Of a DNA stretch of 64,000 bases, positions 38,101-51,639 are shown one piece after another. Where the stretch lies: the NCBI RefSeq assembly GCF_902652985.1, contig NC_047020.1, positions 11,222,001 through 11,286,000 on the forward strand. The letters run 5' to 3'. Source of the stretch: Pecten maximus (Eukaryota). Below the pieces are notes generated by a model. It had not been told where the DNA came from. It was given only the letters and a program-made list of their open reading frames with translations, and did not search any database. Positions within the stretch are counted from its first letter, which is position 1. The number at the start of each line of letters is the position of its first letter. A program made the translations under genes and the position numbers.

Positions 38101-39379
38101 AAGTGTGAAGCGTTTAAATTTTAAGAAATATTTACTGGTCACTTGTTACAATTATGCATGCTTTATTTTGAGTACATGTATATAAGGTTAATTCGAGAAA
38201 ATGATTAGTTTATGGGAGTATGAATTAGGTAGTGTTCACGTTCCTTTGCTCTTTGGAGAAAATGTCTGTGTATATTCCGATGATGAGCGAATGGTTGAGA
38301 ACGTCAGAACGGGGCAACTTAGGAAACATAGCTGGATGCCTAGACCTGACATATGATTGGGCTTTTAACGAAATCCTCGATTTTCCTGCTAGATGATATT
38401 TAAAATACTATTTCGGACAGAACTATTGCTATCAAGATTATCTAAAATAATGCACCGTGTATTTGTACGTCAATTAATATATTTCTGTGATCTACATATT
38501 GTTTTTGTATTGGAACCCATGTTGGTTACTAATCTGATATTCTTAAGGCACCCACGTATTTCTATAATTCTGAAAGAATGTCTATAATCCACATACAATC
38601 TTGATAATTATAACACAATCTCTGGAATTTCAATGGAATCTGTAATTCTCATACAATATTTGTAATATTCAACTGCCTATTCAGTTTTGGTAAATATAAT
38701 GATACATGTACAATCGGGGTAGATTGGATTAACGAGTGATATCAGAGGAGATGCAAACTGTAGGAAACTCAATAATATCCTCCACATGCATCATTGATTA
38801 GGGAAGTTGTATCAGTATATTAATCCTTTGATAGCATAGGCAATGTATATGTGTCATTTGAGACTTATTATGCGGAAACATCCAACAATATCTCGACAAA
38901 TCAGCGTTTATATTTACGATTTGCAGTTGTGCTCTTAACGACAGTTTAAAATAGTAAAATATGAATGAGGCGGAAGAAATTGGCTCACAATTTAAATTGA
39001 CTGACTTAAGAATAGATGAATCACCGGAAAACCATCGAGACTAAATATGAATGTCGTCGTTACACACGGGAACAAGTGGATGACTCTGAATTAAGGTTAT
39101 CAGGAAAAAATAAATCATAGCGATATTTCATTAGATACAATTTCATGATAAATTAAAAAAACAGCATCAAACTCATATACATGTGTTTAACAAGTCTAAT
39201 TATACTGATCGAAACAAAAAACAAGAATTATGACAGGGTACTCATATCAAACGAATACAAACTCAAACTTAAATGGAAGGACTGGTTAAGATGGAATACA
39301 TTTTTTCGACTGTCGTGCTTTCTCAATATCTGAAAAAATTCCATGGGTAACCGAAAGATAGGTTATAGTATTATCAAGC

Positions 39380-40280
39380 ACATAACAATGAGAGAATACA
39401 TTTGTTTGATTTTTGTTCAACGGCACATATCCTAAGTAAACAAATGGGTAGTGATGATCATCGGAACTAAAAGGGGGCTAAAATAATGAAAGAGACAACG
39501 AATAGATGATGTACATTATAACGTCAAAGGGGATAAGGTAGGAAAAGGGACATCAGAGTCTATAAGATAGACTGATGACTTTCAAATTACTGAATAGTAC
39601 CTACGAATTCTTGGAACTGAAATGACTTTTCATATCCGTATCCGGGACTCGAAAACACATGTAGTTATCGCGAATGTGCTCAAAATCGGAACATTCAATG
39701 AAAAATTGTCTCCTTGAAATCGAGTGTCACATATACGAATTTCCTCTCTATGATCTTTCTGACTGGGAATAGATGTCTCAAGGATGCTACACTTCCAATA
39801 GAGTGTAATATATTGTTATCATGTGGACAATAAATGACATGTAGGATATAAATAGCATATGGTGGAGGGTCAAACCAATGGTACATGCATCGACGGAAAA
39901 AGATGAAGGTGCCGTCTGGTTGTCGAAGCTGAAGCGCAAACAATAGCAGTACAACAGGCTGCATCAACATTCTCACCTTGTTTTGATCCATCTGTGTAAA
40001 GTTTTGTATGAGAAGGATATTTCGACATACATTCCCCAAAGGAGGATTTATATTCTTCGGGCAATACACCTCTTACCTCGCAAATGTATTGTAAAGTTAA
40101 AATCAATTGCCTGTATATTCCATAGGGAGATATGTCAAATTCAAAGTTTATGTTGAATTCTTGAAGAAGATTTGGAATTCGAAAAAAATTGTTGGCAGAA
40201 GTTTTGGGTTTGTGTAAATATATAATGGTGTATTGGGTTGAATGCTTGGTCAAAATCAGGATATTTAGTTTATCCAATAG
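39380..40280 (-). mobile_element. Decayed non-LTR retrotransposon with RNase H domain (I/Nimb-like clade)
   Basis: 'KLYTDGSKQGENVDAA' RNase H motif in ORF 39870-40277 and a downstream C-terminal H-x-x-x-EC-like motif near 39700. Boundaries are approximate. Confidence 0.7.
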
Positions 40281-40608
40281 CTAACAAACGCGATCAAACA
40301 TGAAGGAAAACGGCATCGAAAATTTTAAGCTAGTGTTGTTTTGTTCACAAATGATTGTTACTTTAACCCCATGTAATTCTAATAAAAATTAAAACAAATC
40401 CAGGCATACTGGCACAATGAAAGGAATGGTTCAGTGTGATTCCAATCACTTTCTCCCTTGACTTAATCAGTAACTTAGGGTATCTGATGTAATTTGGAAA
40501 ATCTCAGATACATGTACCCTTCAGATTATGTAAACATCATATATTTCATCATTTAATGATGAATAATGTCTTATTGTTTTATTGCAGGTCCATCATTCGA
40601 GCGGCGTC

Positions 40609-42745
40609 ATGAATCAATATTTAGGAACGCTCCTTTTCATGCTTGTATTCTACCAGACTTGTAATCAATGTGAAACATTGTATCGTATCGATCAGTGTCC
40701 TCTTATCACGTGCAAATGTTCTCCTAAATCGAAGCTGGTGAACTGTACAGGAAGCGATATGAAGTATATACCAGTTTTACCCACATATGCACAAAATGTT
40801 ATATTTACAAAAACTAACTTTCCAAATATAACGGCGGAGTTTTTGTACAATCTTACTTTAATCCGTGTTATAAGATTACATTTTGTCGACACATTGACCC
40901 GCATCATCGACCCGGATGCATTTGTCAAACTTACAAACTTGTCTACTTTGGAGATCAGTGGATCTTATGAATTAAAGCCAGACATGATTTCTCCAATCTT
41001 GCTGTTAACACCTAGAATAGAGACTGTTCAGCTGAAATCCAATCACTGGGAGACCATTCCAGGTGACATGTTTTTAGGATTACATAACTCATCGATCCAA
41101 TCAATAACACTTAGGGACAATGTAATAGAAAGTATAAGTGGGACATATTTTTCGGATTTGCGGTTTTTGAAAAGATTGGATTTATCAAACAATCAACTAT
41201 TAGACTTAAACTTGACAGGATTAGAATCTACATCAATCTCTTACATCAACCTAGCCAACAATAATTTCCGTAAAGTACCATCATTCTGTGGACCAACTGG
41301 ACAACCCACGGGTAAATACAAAACTCTAGACTTTCAGAAAAACTATCTTCAAAAACTAGATGGATCTTCATTTCAATGTCTGCAGGTTTTACAAAACCTT
41401 AATCTTGACAGGACCTCTATAACAGTTATACGGACCAACACATTTGTGAAACTACCAAAACTAGAAAAACTCTCGCTGACTCACATCGGTGATCATTTAA
41501 GATCGATACAGGGGTTTGCATTCAATTCCTCAAGTCTCAAAGAAACTATACTTCATGGATAATCGATATAGATTTGAAAAGGCGCCATCGTTGTATAGCA
41601 AACTATTTTCTGATCTACCAAATCTCCTGAGGCTTGAGCTAACAGGCAACTTCTTACCATCAGATTCTAAATCTCTAGGAGAAATGTTTACATCGTTGAA
41701 AAAATTACAGATACTGATATTACAAAATACATTCCTTAAGGCACTACCTCGTAACGTCTTCCAACAGATGACTAACTTAAGATATCTTGTATTAATTGGG
41801 AATTACATAAGTGGCTGGAACGACGACCCGGAAGTGTTTGGCAATTTTACATCATTACGACGATTATACCTTGACGGAAATAACATAAAACTTATCAACA
41901 AAACGTCTTTTCCCGAAAGGTTTCTGAACTCTTTAGAGAGATTTTGTATTACAAATAACCCATTTTCATGCACGTGTGACTTGAAATGGTTCCTTGACTG
42001 GATAAAATCTACCAAACATACAACAATCGTCAACTATCCTCTGAGGTATACATGTAGGTTTCCTCCAGAAATGAACAATGTGTTGTTGAAGGATTACAAC
42101 CCTACTTCGGAGATGTGTTCCAATTTGGATTACCCACTCGTCAGAAACATCTGTATTGGTATTTTTGTTCCATCAGCTATCATCCTCATTGCTGTATCGA
42201 TGGCATATAAGTTCCGGTTCCGATTGAACTACTGGCTGCACATCCTTGGAATACGGAGAGTCGGTTACAAAAGGATTCGCGACGATGCTGATTATCAATA
42301 CGACGCTTTCGTTATCTATTCAAATGACGACCGGAATTTCATTTTCAATCATATGGTGCCAGAACTAGAAGAAAAATCTGGATGTAGACTGTGCATACAT
42401 GAACGAGACTTTGACGTAGGCCACTTCATTCTAGACAATATCACGACAAGCTTTGAACGAAGCAAGAACATCATTCTCGTGTTATCCCGCGCCTTTCTAA
42501 ACAGTGAATGGTGTAAATTTGAACTTGCATTAACACAGTCTAGAACTGCACAGGAGGGTCCAGGAATGCTGACTGTGATACTGCTGGAAGAACTGAACAC
42601 AGTCATACTTCCGTCCTCTGTACGGGCGATTCTAGACACGGTCACCTACACCGAATGGTCAGTTGAGAAAGCCGGGCAGAGCAGAGTATGGGCCAAAGTA
42701 TTAACAGCATTGAACATCCACGTTCAAAATCCCGTTGATGAGTGA
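40609..42745 (+). CDS. Toll-like receptor (single-cysteine-cluster type), full length but with one +1 frameshift at 41539-41541 (assembly error, null allele, or truncated secreted form)
   Basis: Signal peptide, LRRNT, LRRs, LRRCT (NPFSCTCDL), TM and TIR (YDAFVIY, RDFDVG, SEWCKFEL). Span is 2137 nt against 2136 nt for the intact paralog; CTCAAAGAAACTATAC versus paralog CTCAAAAAGCTATAC. Confidence 0.9.
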
Positions 42746-42861
42746 TCATATCCTGAAAAATACTGATTTGGAGTTTGTGCTTCAAACTGGCAATTCGATT
42801 TACGCAAATATTAGTCTTTAAATGTTTAGGGTTTGAAGCAGGTATTGAAAGGCATTGGAAA

Positions 42862-43062
42862 GGGGACAGGATAGCCCAGTCGGTTAGAGTTTTGGCCTAT
42901 GTAACCTCATATGAAAACCCGAGCTGCATGTTTCGAGGCTCCCTGTGAAGGTGGCAAGGTACTTTAATTTCATTATGCTGGATGATATGGGCCTCCCGTA
43001 TGTTGTTCAGTGATGTAATCACCAGATTCCACAATGATACCACCGCTAAAATGGCTCACGGT
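42862..43062 (+). mobile_element. tRNA-derived SINE (truncated by the assembly gap)
   Basis: GGGG start, A-box TAGCCCAGTCGG and B-box-like GTTTCGAGGC; does not fold into a tRNA. Confidence 0.55.
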
Positions 43063-43208
43063 NNNNNNNNNNNNNNNNNNNNNNNNNNNNNNNNNNNNNN
43101 NNNNNNNNNNNNNNNNNNNNNNNNNNNNNNNNNNNNNNNNNNNNNNNNNNNNNNNNNNNNNNNNNNNNNNNNNNNNNNNNNNNNNNNNNNNNNNNNNNNN
43201 NNNNNNNN
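43063..43208. other. Assembly gap (146 N)
   Basis: Run of N characters. Confidence 1.
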
Positions 43209-43383
43209 GATTATTACTATTATTATATGATGATTAGTATGATTAGTATGATGATGATGGTATGATGATGATGATATGATGATGATGATGACTACGATGA
43301 TGATGATGATATTATGATGAGATTATAATGATGATGATTATGATGATGATGATGATGATGATGAAGTTTATCATGATGATCAC

Positions 43384-43417
<34 letters not shown>

Positions 43418-43610
43418 ATTATGATGATGATGACTATGAGATGATGATATCATGATGAGATCATGATGATGATGATGAAGTTTATTATGATGATGACTGA
43501 TGATGATGAGATTATGATGGTTATAAGTATGATGATTATGATGATAATGATTATTGGGATGATTAGTATGATTATGATGATGATGATGAGATTATGATGA
43601 CGATGGCTAT
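43209..43610. repeat. Imperfect (ATG/GAT)n microsatellite
   Basis: GATGATGAT runs with ATT interruptions, abutting the gap. Confidence 0.95.
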
Positions 43611-43693
43611 GTATTTATGTATTAAAAATGTCTTTAAAAATAAAAAAAAAAATATTTAAAAAAAATTCCTGTTAAAATGGTAGTATATTGCGA

Positions 43694-43820
43694 GGGGGCT
43701 GCAGTGGCCGAGTGGTTAAGGTGTCCCGACACACTCTGGTTCGCGAGTTCGAAACCCACGCGAGTCCTGGCACGTCCTTAAACGACCCTGGCTGTTAATA
43801 GGACGTCAAACAAAATAAAT
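43694..43820 (+). mobile_element. tRNA-derived SINE, internally deleted copy
   Basis: A-box TGGCCGAGTGG, B-box GTTCGAAACC, and tail CCTGGCACGTCCTTAAACGACCCTGGCTGTTAATAGGACG shared with the copies at 61053 and 61893. Confidence 0.8.
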
Positions 43821-44259
43821 ATAAACATATTTTGATATATTTGTTCTGCATTGTCATTACTAAGGCTAGTTCCGTGTTTTGATACCATACCATAACACGG
43901 TCATAGTATTCTGCAAAACACATGTTGCTAATTAGCCTAGCTTTCTATCGTCGCTTTTTTCTAGAAAAGTAAGCGAGGTCAAATGATTTCGATCATATGA
44001 CAGAAAATAGCTTAAAATATGAATTGCAAATATTGATTGTTTAAATTTAAGAAATCAATGTCTTTGTGGGATTTTTTCACGCACTATACTTCTTTTGCAG
44101 GGGAAGTCGCTAGACAAAATTCCATTGGCAATTCCGTCGGCTGTTCTACATGTTGAACAGAACAGACTTCAACAACTTTGAATTAAAAAGTTACATTCAA
44201 ACGAAAATACGAATATTAGGAATATGAAAAAAGCAAATGTAAGCATTAAACAGTATTTT

Positions 44260-44790
44260 GTTCCTTGTTTTTTAAGCAATAGGAGGCAAATAATTGTTAA
44301 AAATAGCAAGACCTCCGATGGGATGGATATTAAGACTGGTGTTCCTGAGGGGTCAATACAAGGTCCTTTGTTGTTTTGAATTTACGTAAATGATATCGCC
44401 GATGGTATTAATGCTAAGATAAAACCTTTTTTGCAGATGTCTCCCTTTAAATCAATCAAGACACTTCGCTTAGATGTGCAGACTTGTTGAATGATAGTTT
44501 TAGGTAAAAGACATACCTGGTCTGATAATTAGTTGGTTAAATTTAATCCTGAAAAAACTGAATCACTCTGGATTAGTAGGAAACTAAACAAGCCCCAACA
44601 GCCCGTTCTATATATGAATGACATTCCGGTTACTGGGGTCAAACACCATATACATATAGGATTTTTTTCTCATGATGGAACTTTAACAGAACAAGTAAAT
44701 TACATGACTAAAAAAGCTTCTGCCAAACTTTCAAATCTTAAAAAAAGACTGATTTAATATTGATAGGAAATCGCTTCGAACGCTTTCCGT
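44260..44790 (+). mobile_element. CR1/L2-like LINE reverse transcriptase fragment
   Basis: FLSNRRQ...TGVPEGSIQGPLLF*IYVNDI...FAD...VKFNPEKT motifs, interrupted by stops and frameshifts. Confidence 0.85.
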
Positions 44791-45887
44791 AAGAAATGTA
44801 CCTGTTTAGAACGTAATCCATACAGATATGGATACATGTTGTCAGTCGGATAATCAAACCATCTGGCCGCAAAAATTATATTCTGTAGTCCGTTTTATTT
44901 AGAAATAGAACAGAAATAGAAAATGAAATTCACAATCTTTTTCATTATTTCAGATGTATAGGACAAACCTTTATCGGAAATATTGCCATGGGCATATTAC
45001 ATGTTGTTTTTTTTTTTTTTTTTATATAAAAAACGTTAACCAGTTAAAATGATACTTGGCATTTGTGGCATAACTTATAAATACATGTGATTTGTTGTAA
45101 AAGTCTTACGACACGCATAAAGAACACTCATAAATAAATAAATGAGGACAAACAAATAAATCGATGAATAAAAATGAAATCATTCCGATAGTTTATACCG
45201 GGAATACGCGCCTGGTAAAACTCTTCTTCTTCTTTTTTTTTTTTTTTTTTTATATCCTAACAAGTTCAAGTTCATTATTTAATTTGAGTCTTCAGACTCA
45301 TCAGCATCATCAACATACATTATTATACACATTAACATGACACTGACAATATCAAAAATAGATAAATAAAATACGTGTAAGAGACAATATACTCGGAGAG
45401 CCTAACTAAGTTTATGAAATTCTGTTGGCATTTACCACTTAAATATACTTGGCCGAATTTTCTTATTCTTTTTGTATAACGGAGATACATAGCGACCGAT
45501 GACGTCATTCGCAACTTAAAGCCAGCTGGAAGCTGGATGGAAATTAAATTAAAACTATCTACACAATTATCACACTTTAAACTGTTGAAGGTAAAATGTA
45601 TGTCACCAGGTCAAACGATTAGGACTTACGTCAGTTGACAGGAAGTTGATAATACATTAGCTGAGCTATAAGAAGCTACATCCCGTTGTTAATAACTGAT
45701 TGCGTGATTGACGTGATTTCGTAAATCAACATACGCAACCAACATAGTCCCGATATAATACTCTTGGGTAAGGACATTATCTAATTATCTAGTAAAATGG
45801 CGTCCTGTATAGCAGTCACTTAAATCAATCCTGTGAAATAATGCGAAAACTCATTTTAGTGACATATGCTTATTTCCTGAAGATAAC

Positions 45888-47078
45888 TGAAAACAGAATG
45901 TGTACTCCCAGCAAACAGAATGTATACTCCCTAAAAACAGAATGTGCACTCCCTGAAAACAGAATGTGTACTCCCTGAAAACAGAATGTGCACTCCCTGA
46001 AAACAGAATGTGCACTCCCTGAAAACAGAATGTGCACTCGCTAAAAACAGAATGTGCACTCCCTAAAAACAGAATGTGTACTCCCTGAAAACAGAATGTG
46101 TACTCCCTGAAAACAGAATGTGCACTCCCTGAAAACAGAATGTATAATCCCTAAAAACAGAATGTGCACTCCCTAAAAACAGAATGTGCACTCCCTGAAA
46201 ACAGAATGTGCACTCCCTGAAAACAGAATGTGTACTCCCTGAAAACAGAATTCGTACTCCCTGGAAACAGAATATGCACTCCCTGAAAACAGAATGTGCA
46301 TTTCCTGAAAACAGAAAGTGCATTTCCTGAAAACAGAATGTGCACTCCCTGGAAACAGAATGTGCGCTCCCTGAAAACAGAATGTGTGTTCCCTGAAAAC
46401 AGAATGTGCACTCCCTACAAACAAAATGTGTACTCCCTACAAACAGAATGTGTGTTCCCTAACAGAATGTATACTCCTTACAAACGGAATGTGTACTCCC
46501 TGAAAACAAAATGTGTACTCCCTACAAATAGAATGTGTATTCCCTGAAAACAGAATATGTGCTCCTTGAAAACAGAATGTGTACTCCCTACAAACAGATG
46601 TGTACTCCCTACAAACAGATGTGTACTCCCTACAAACAGATGTGTGCTCCCTACAAACAGATGTGTACTCCCTACAAACAGATGTGTACTCCCTACAAAC
46701 AGATGTGTACTCCCTACAAACAGATGTGTACTCCCTACAAACAGAATGTGTACTCCCTACAAACAGAATGTTTGCTCCCTACAAACAGAATGTGTGCTCC
46801 CTACAAACGGAATGTGTACTCCCTACAAACAGAATGTGTACTCCCTACAAACAGAATGTGTACTCCCTACAAACAGAATGTGTACTCCCTACAAACGGAA
46901 TGTGTACCCCCTGAAAACAGAATGTATACTCCCTACAAACAGAATGTGTACTCCCTGAAAACAGAATGTATACTCCCTACAAACGGAATGTGTACTCCCT
47001 GAAAACAGAATGTATACTCCCTACAAACGGAATGTGTACTCCCTGAAAACAGAATGTGTACTCCCTGAAAACAGAATG
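45888..47078. repeat. 22-bp minisatellite with a 21-bp sub-array
   Basis: AAACAGAATGTGTACTCCCTGA and ...CCCTAC units; 21-bp AAACAGATGTGTACTCCCTAC block at ~46592-46738. Confidence 0.96.
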
Positions 47079-48339
47079 TTTACATTTGAAATACAAATTC
47101 TATTGTTGATATAGTTGTTGATTTTATTTAAAAGAGTGCATCTGTCATATAGTTGGGGAAAAAAAGAATTTATGTTGTAATTCTACAAATATGACACAAA
47201 TAAAATGATATAATTTGTTGCAAGTTGACGTGGGACAGGTATCATCGAGGTGTGCGATAATTGTATAATATAAAGTATATCACACGCTTCAAAATTTGCC
47301 AGTTATGTAACGTGTCACCAACACTAATGTATATTTTACTCTGCATTCCGATGGGTTTGAACGTGAGAATGACGTCATCCTCAGCGTTGTATTTCTTTTG
47401 GTTCCAATTTTAAATGTCAAAAGATCATAGAACGAAACAAATATGATGCCGAATTCTATTCTACCCCAATCAGAATATGTCCGAGTCTGTTTAATTCATG
47501 AAAACAATATGTTGACGCTTAGCTTCAGATGACCAATTTGAATATTTGGTGCAATGCTGCAGCTTTGAATTTGATACCGATTTTAGGATCATCGAATGAT
47601 TTTATAACTGACAATATATATATGTCAACATGCATGAAGGCTATATTTTGCCACAACTAAAAATCTGTCATTTCAAACTAAAATATATAAGCCAGTATCT
47701 TGAATAAATATGTCATGTTTGAACCTTAATAATAATATCTTGCTTTATCGATTTCACAGGGTGGTGAATTGAGATGGCTTTAAGACAGAAGCTACTTATT
47801 CAAAATACAGTATTTTTTCTCTAAATAGTATACACCAATCAGTCAGTAACACGAACGGAATTGTTACTTATTACTAGGACTACATTGGAGGTTTGTCTAA
47901 CCTATAGTTTAGTACGCGTTACACGTGACCAAATCTATTAAAAAGATTGGACAATAGGGCAGAATGACAGACAAAGCCTTTCTATATACATTAATTATGT
48001 CTGAAAAGTAGCCAATCTGGAATAAACAATGAGGTGTGATATTTCAAAAATATTAGAAATGATAACAATAACTTAAAATAATTCATATTAACACAAAGTT
48101 AATGGGAAGTAATGCATGAAGAAAACAACTCAACCACTACCTTACACAAGGAGGCATAAGAATGTAATTGTAATTGTGATATATATATATATATTAAAAA
48201 CACGTTGATCTCTAAAACATAAGCGCTTTCATGATTTTTTCAGACGCTTTACATTGTTAGGCTTACATGGTTGCCTACATAGTAACAAAGTATGACGTCA
48301 TCAATAATTAGTTAATTATACTTTGTTACATCATATTGA

Positions 48340-49185
48340 TTTGAGATAAGTATGTCTACCACAGTCTGTTCAATTTAAGTTTTAAAATTCTAATAAAATA
48401 TTTGTCCTTTCTTTCAATGAAAGGGAAATATTTTGAACCGTTTCTTTTTGTGTATATAAAGATGTTCGCTATGTTGAATTTTTCCAAATTCTGGCATATA
48501 AACATTTTGTTTGTGCCCGCGAACCCTGGCCGGAACAGTAGTGCTATATCCAATATAGTATTTCTTACATCTTGGGCATGTTATGACATAAATTACGTTT
48601 TTGGATTCGTATGTCATGTTGGCATTTATAGAAAAATTCCTTTGACTATATCGATAGGATGTCCCATCTTCTAAATGTATACATGCGCCGCATAGTGGAT
48701 CTTTACAAACTGTTACCTTAAATTCTGCTTGATCCTCGAAATTCGACTTGCATAAAACTCTTCATTTGGCTTGCCGCTTACTATTGATAAATTGTTCACT
48801 TTTAAATATATTTTTCATTTGAGTTCATCTTTTAGTAAAACATTTAAGTTGGTAACTGTTCGGCTAATATTCCGATTTCGTTGGTTGTGTGTTGTCACTA
48901 ACGGTATCATTGATGTCTCTTCCTTTTGCTGAAGAGATTGCAATTCTGTTCGGTTTATTGCGGTTGCATTTTTTCATTCTATTCTCTATAAATTCTGTCG
49001 GATAATGTTGAGATTTGAGGTAGACCCTTCATTCTTAGAAGCGCGGTTTTCCGTGGGCTTTCCTAGCTGACGATTGCGCAAATGTTTCTAGCCAAATTGT
49101 ATTGGATTGCGCGTTTGTTTTTGTGTCCAGGACGACATAAACCGAAGTGGGGATATTGGTGGGTACCCGTTGGTTTATAATATTG
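48340..49185 (-). mobile_element. Penelope-like retroelement relic (RT C-terminus plus GIY-YIG endonuclease)
   Basis: 'NVIYVITCPRCKKYYIG...RVRGHK' GIY-YIG motif (48617-48414); upstream 'YKPTGTHQY' and 'IQYNLA' RT-thumb-like segments. Confidence 0.8.
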
Positions 49186-51639
49186 TGATTGATCAGTAGT
49201 GTAATCCAATGCTATGTATCTTTATACTTTTAAATATCAGTTTAAGCAGTATTTCTCACGATTTTGCATACCTTAATCCTTCTGAAGGATGTGTTAATAA
49301 TTCATGATAGTTGTTATCTGCTGTAATCGAAGAAATGCTTGTCAGTGTTTCATCGACGATGTTTATACCTTGCCATGCTTGATGTTCAGACCGGAAATGA
49401 CGTTTAGGATTGTGTGAAAGTTCTTTTTAGTATCAATAATACAGCAGTATTTTCAACTTAGTTATATGAATGCTTTATTAATCTTGAAGATATGATTAAT
49501 GGACTTATTAGCAACGTATTTTATTTATTGTTTATTATTATCGTGGTAATGAGATCTCGGGATTCCGATGGATAAACTGACGGTAGAACAGTAGCACGAG
49601 AAAACCGACCGCGTTCCATGATTTCTTCCAACATGATTCGCTTGACATTTAGCTAGTGACTAGAACAGGTGTGTATTGTATGTGTAATGTGTGTGTATCA
49701 TCCACCAGGTAACTTGGTGAATGCCTAGTCCCGATGCGGCTTGTCTAGTTGGAGAGTTTGATTGTTACTAGGTCCAGTATAGAGAGTAAGATTAATGTAT
49801 GTGATATTCATTATGTCAAACAGAGTAGAAGTTTAAACAGAGTAGGAGTTAAGTAATTCTTTTATAGGTTTCCAGTGAGTATGAGTTTGTACTGAGAGTG
49901 TTTTTGTGATGAAGTGATCTTAGGGAAGTTCAGGTTTTAAATCTTTAATGGATAATTGATAATGTATTGCTAATTTATGTGTGTAAATCCAGGAACGATA
50001 AATTATTAACATAGTTTCCAATTCTCATCGGATATAGATGCTTGTAATAGTAACTGGTCCATGTATATACACTTATTTACTCTTTAAGACTTCAATATTC
50101 TAGGAGTAATGGTAAAGTTTCTAAAACGAATGTACATCACATCTCATTTCAACTTAGAAGGTTGAAAGATTGTGCGAGTCAGTTAGGATTTTTAATGTAA
50201 TTTATTGCTTTGTTTTTGTATGCGTTCCCTACTTAATTCAATATTGAACTTTATTTCACTCTTCTAGTTTTCCTTTACAATCGAGGCTCTACATGAGAAT
50301 CATGACTTAGTCATGGAACCATTTGATGGTTTAGTGCTAATGCAGCACTTGTATAGTCATTTTGACTGTCTGGTCATCTTATCTGATATTGGAATATATA
50401 GCTACTGTCTTTTACCGAACTAATGTTTTGAAGGGATCTTCGTTTGCAGTGTGCTTGTTGTAATGAAGGCTGCTGCATATCATAATTCCGAGGACAGTCT
50501 TGTTATGGGACAGCCACTCTTCAAACACCACCAGAACACATTCGAGGCGAGGCTGTCACCCAAACTGGTACACTAGACACTGGTGCATATAGTTCGTGTA
50601 ACATCCCCCAGAACGTTGCTGATAATGGTCCATACCTGACCAGATAACCCATACACACTTACATACCCCCTCCCCGCATACACTTTTATATACACATACT
50701 GTTAGCATATACTTTCATAAACAATATTGCCAGACTTGGACATAAGTCCACGTTCACATATCGCACATGTCAATGCTGCCAACAACTGTAACAATTAAGA
50801 ATAAATTAATTTAATGAATATTGAGTGTAATTATTTACCATGTCAAGATAAGTCCGTGTAATAATCAGTAATCGTGCTCAACTTGAAGCTCTTGAATGTA
50901 ATTTAGAATCATAATGTTTTTATTTTGACTGAAAACCAACTATAGATCATATTACAGATTTAAACAATAAAAATATTACACTAAACTTATCCATTGTCAA
51001 TTATATTTAGACTGGGTAGCTGCACAATAGTAATGATATACTAGGTTTCCAGTTGAACATGACAGTGTGGCAAATGTGTGACAGACCACAATTTCCCACG
51101 CAGTTTTCATCAAAACAAGTCGACTCCGGATGGGCAAACCAAATATGCTTGGGTTCTATGTTATTAATTGTGTTAAAATGAACAACTAAAAGTTAACATT
51201 TAATATACTTTATTGAAATGAAAAACGTAAACAAATACACACGGAAACGACAAGATTCCTCTTTTATAAGCCATCGCTTGGAAAGCATGATTCTATACAT
51301 TACATTCAGGACAACACAAGTACACATTTAAACACGAACCTTGCAGCTATTAACTGGTGAAGAAAGACGGGGAACTAAAAACAGATCAAAATGCTTATAT
51401 TCACCTAAGAAACAGCACGTGTGCTGTCGTGTTAAAGTAACCCAACAGCCGATACGAGACAAGATGATGACAGAAGACGTCATACAGCCAATCAGCAAAA
51501 AGCTACTGGATAGCTTCGGAAATAGATAGAGTCACACGACATATTTGCAATCACAATGAATTTAGTCTCTCTAATATAGTGTGATTACCCTTCTTCTAAA
51601 TATTGACACTTACCGCACCTATAATCCCAACTGTTACGT

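Noticed and set aside
43694-43760. Possible tRNA gene (A and B boxes)
   Set aside because: No complete cloverleaf, and it continues into a SINE tail shared with other copies. The same applies to 42862.
46063-47002. Multiple Cys-rich ORFs on both strands
   Set aside because: Translations of the 21/22-bp minisatellite.
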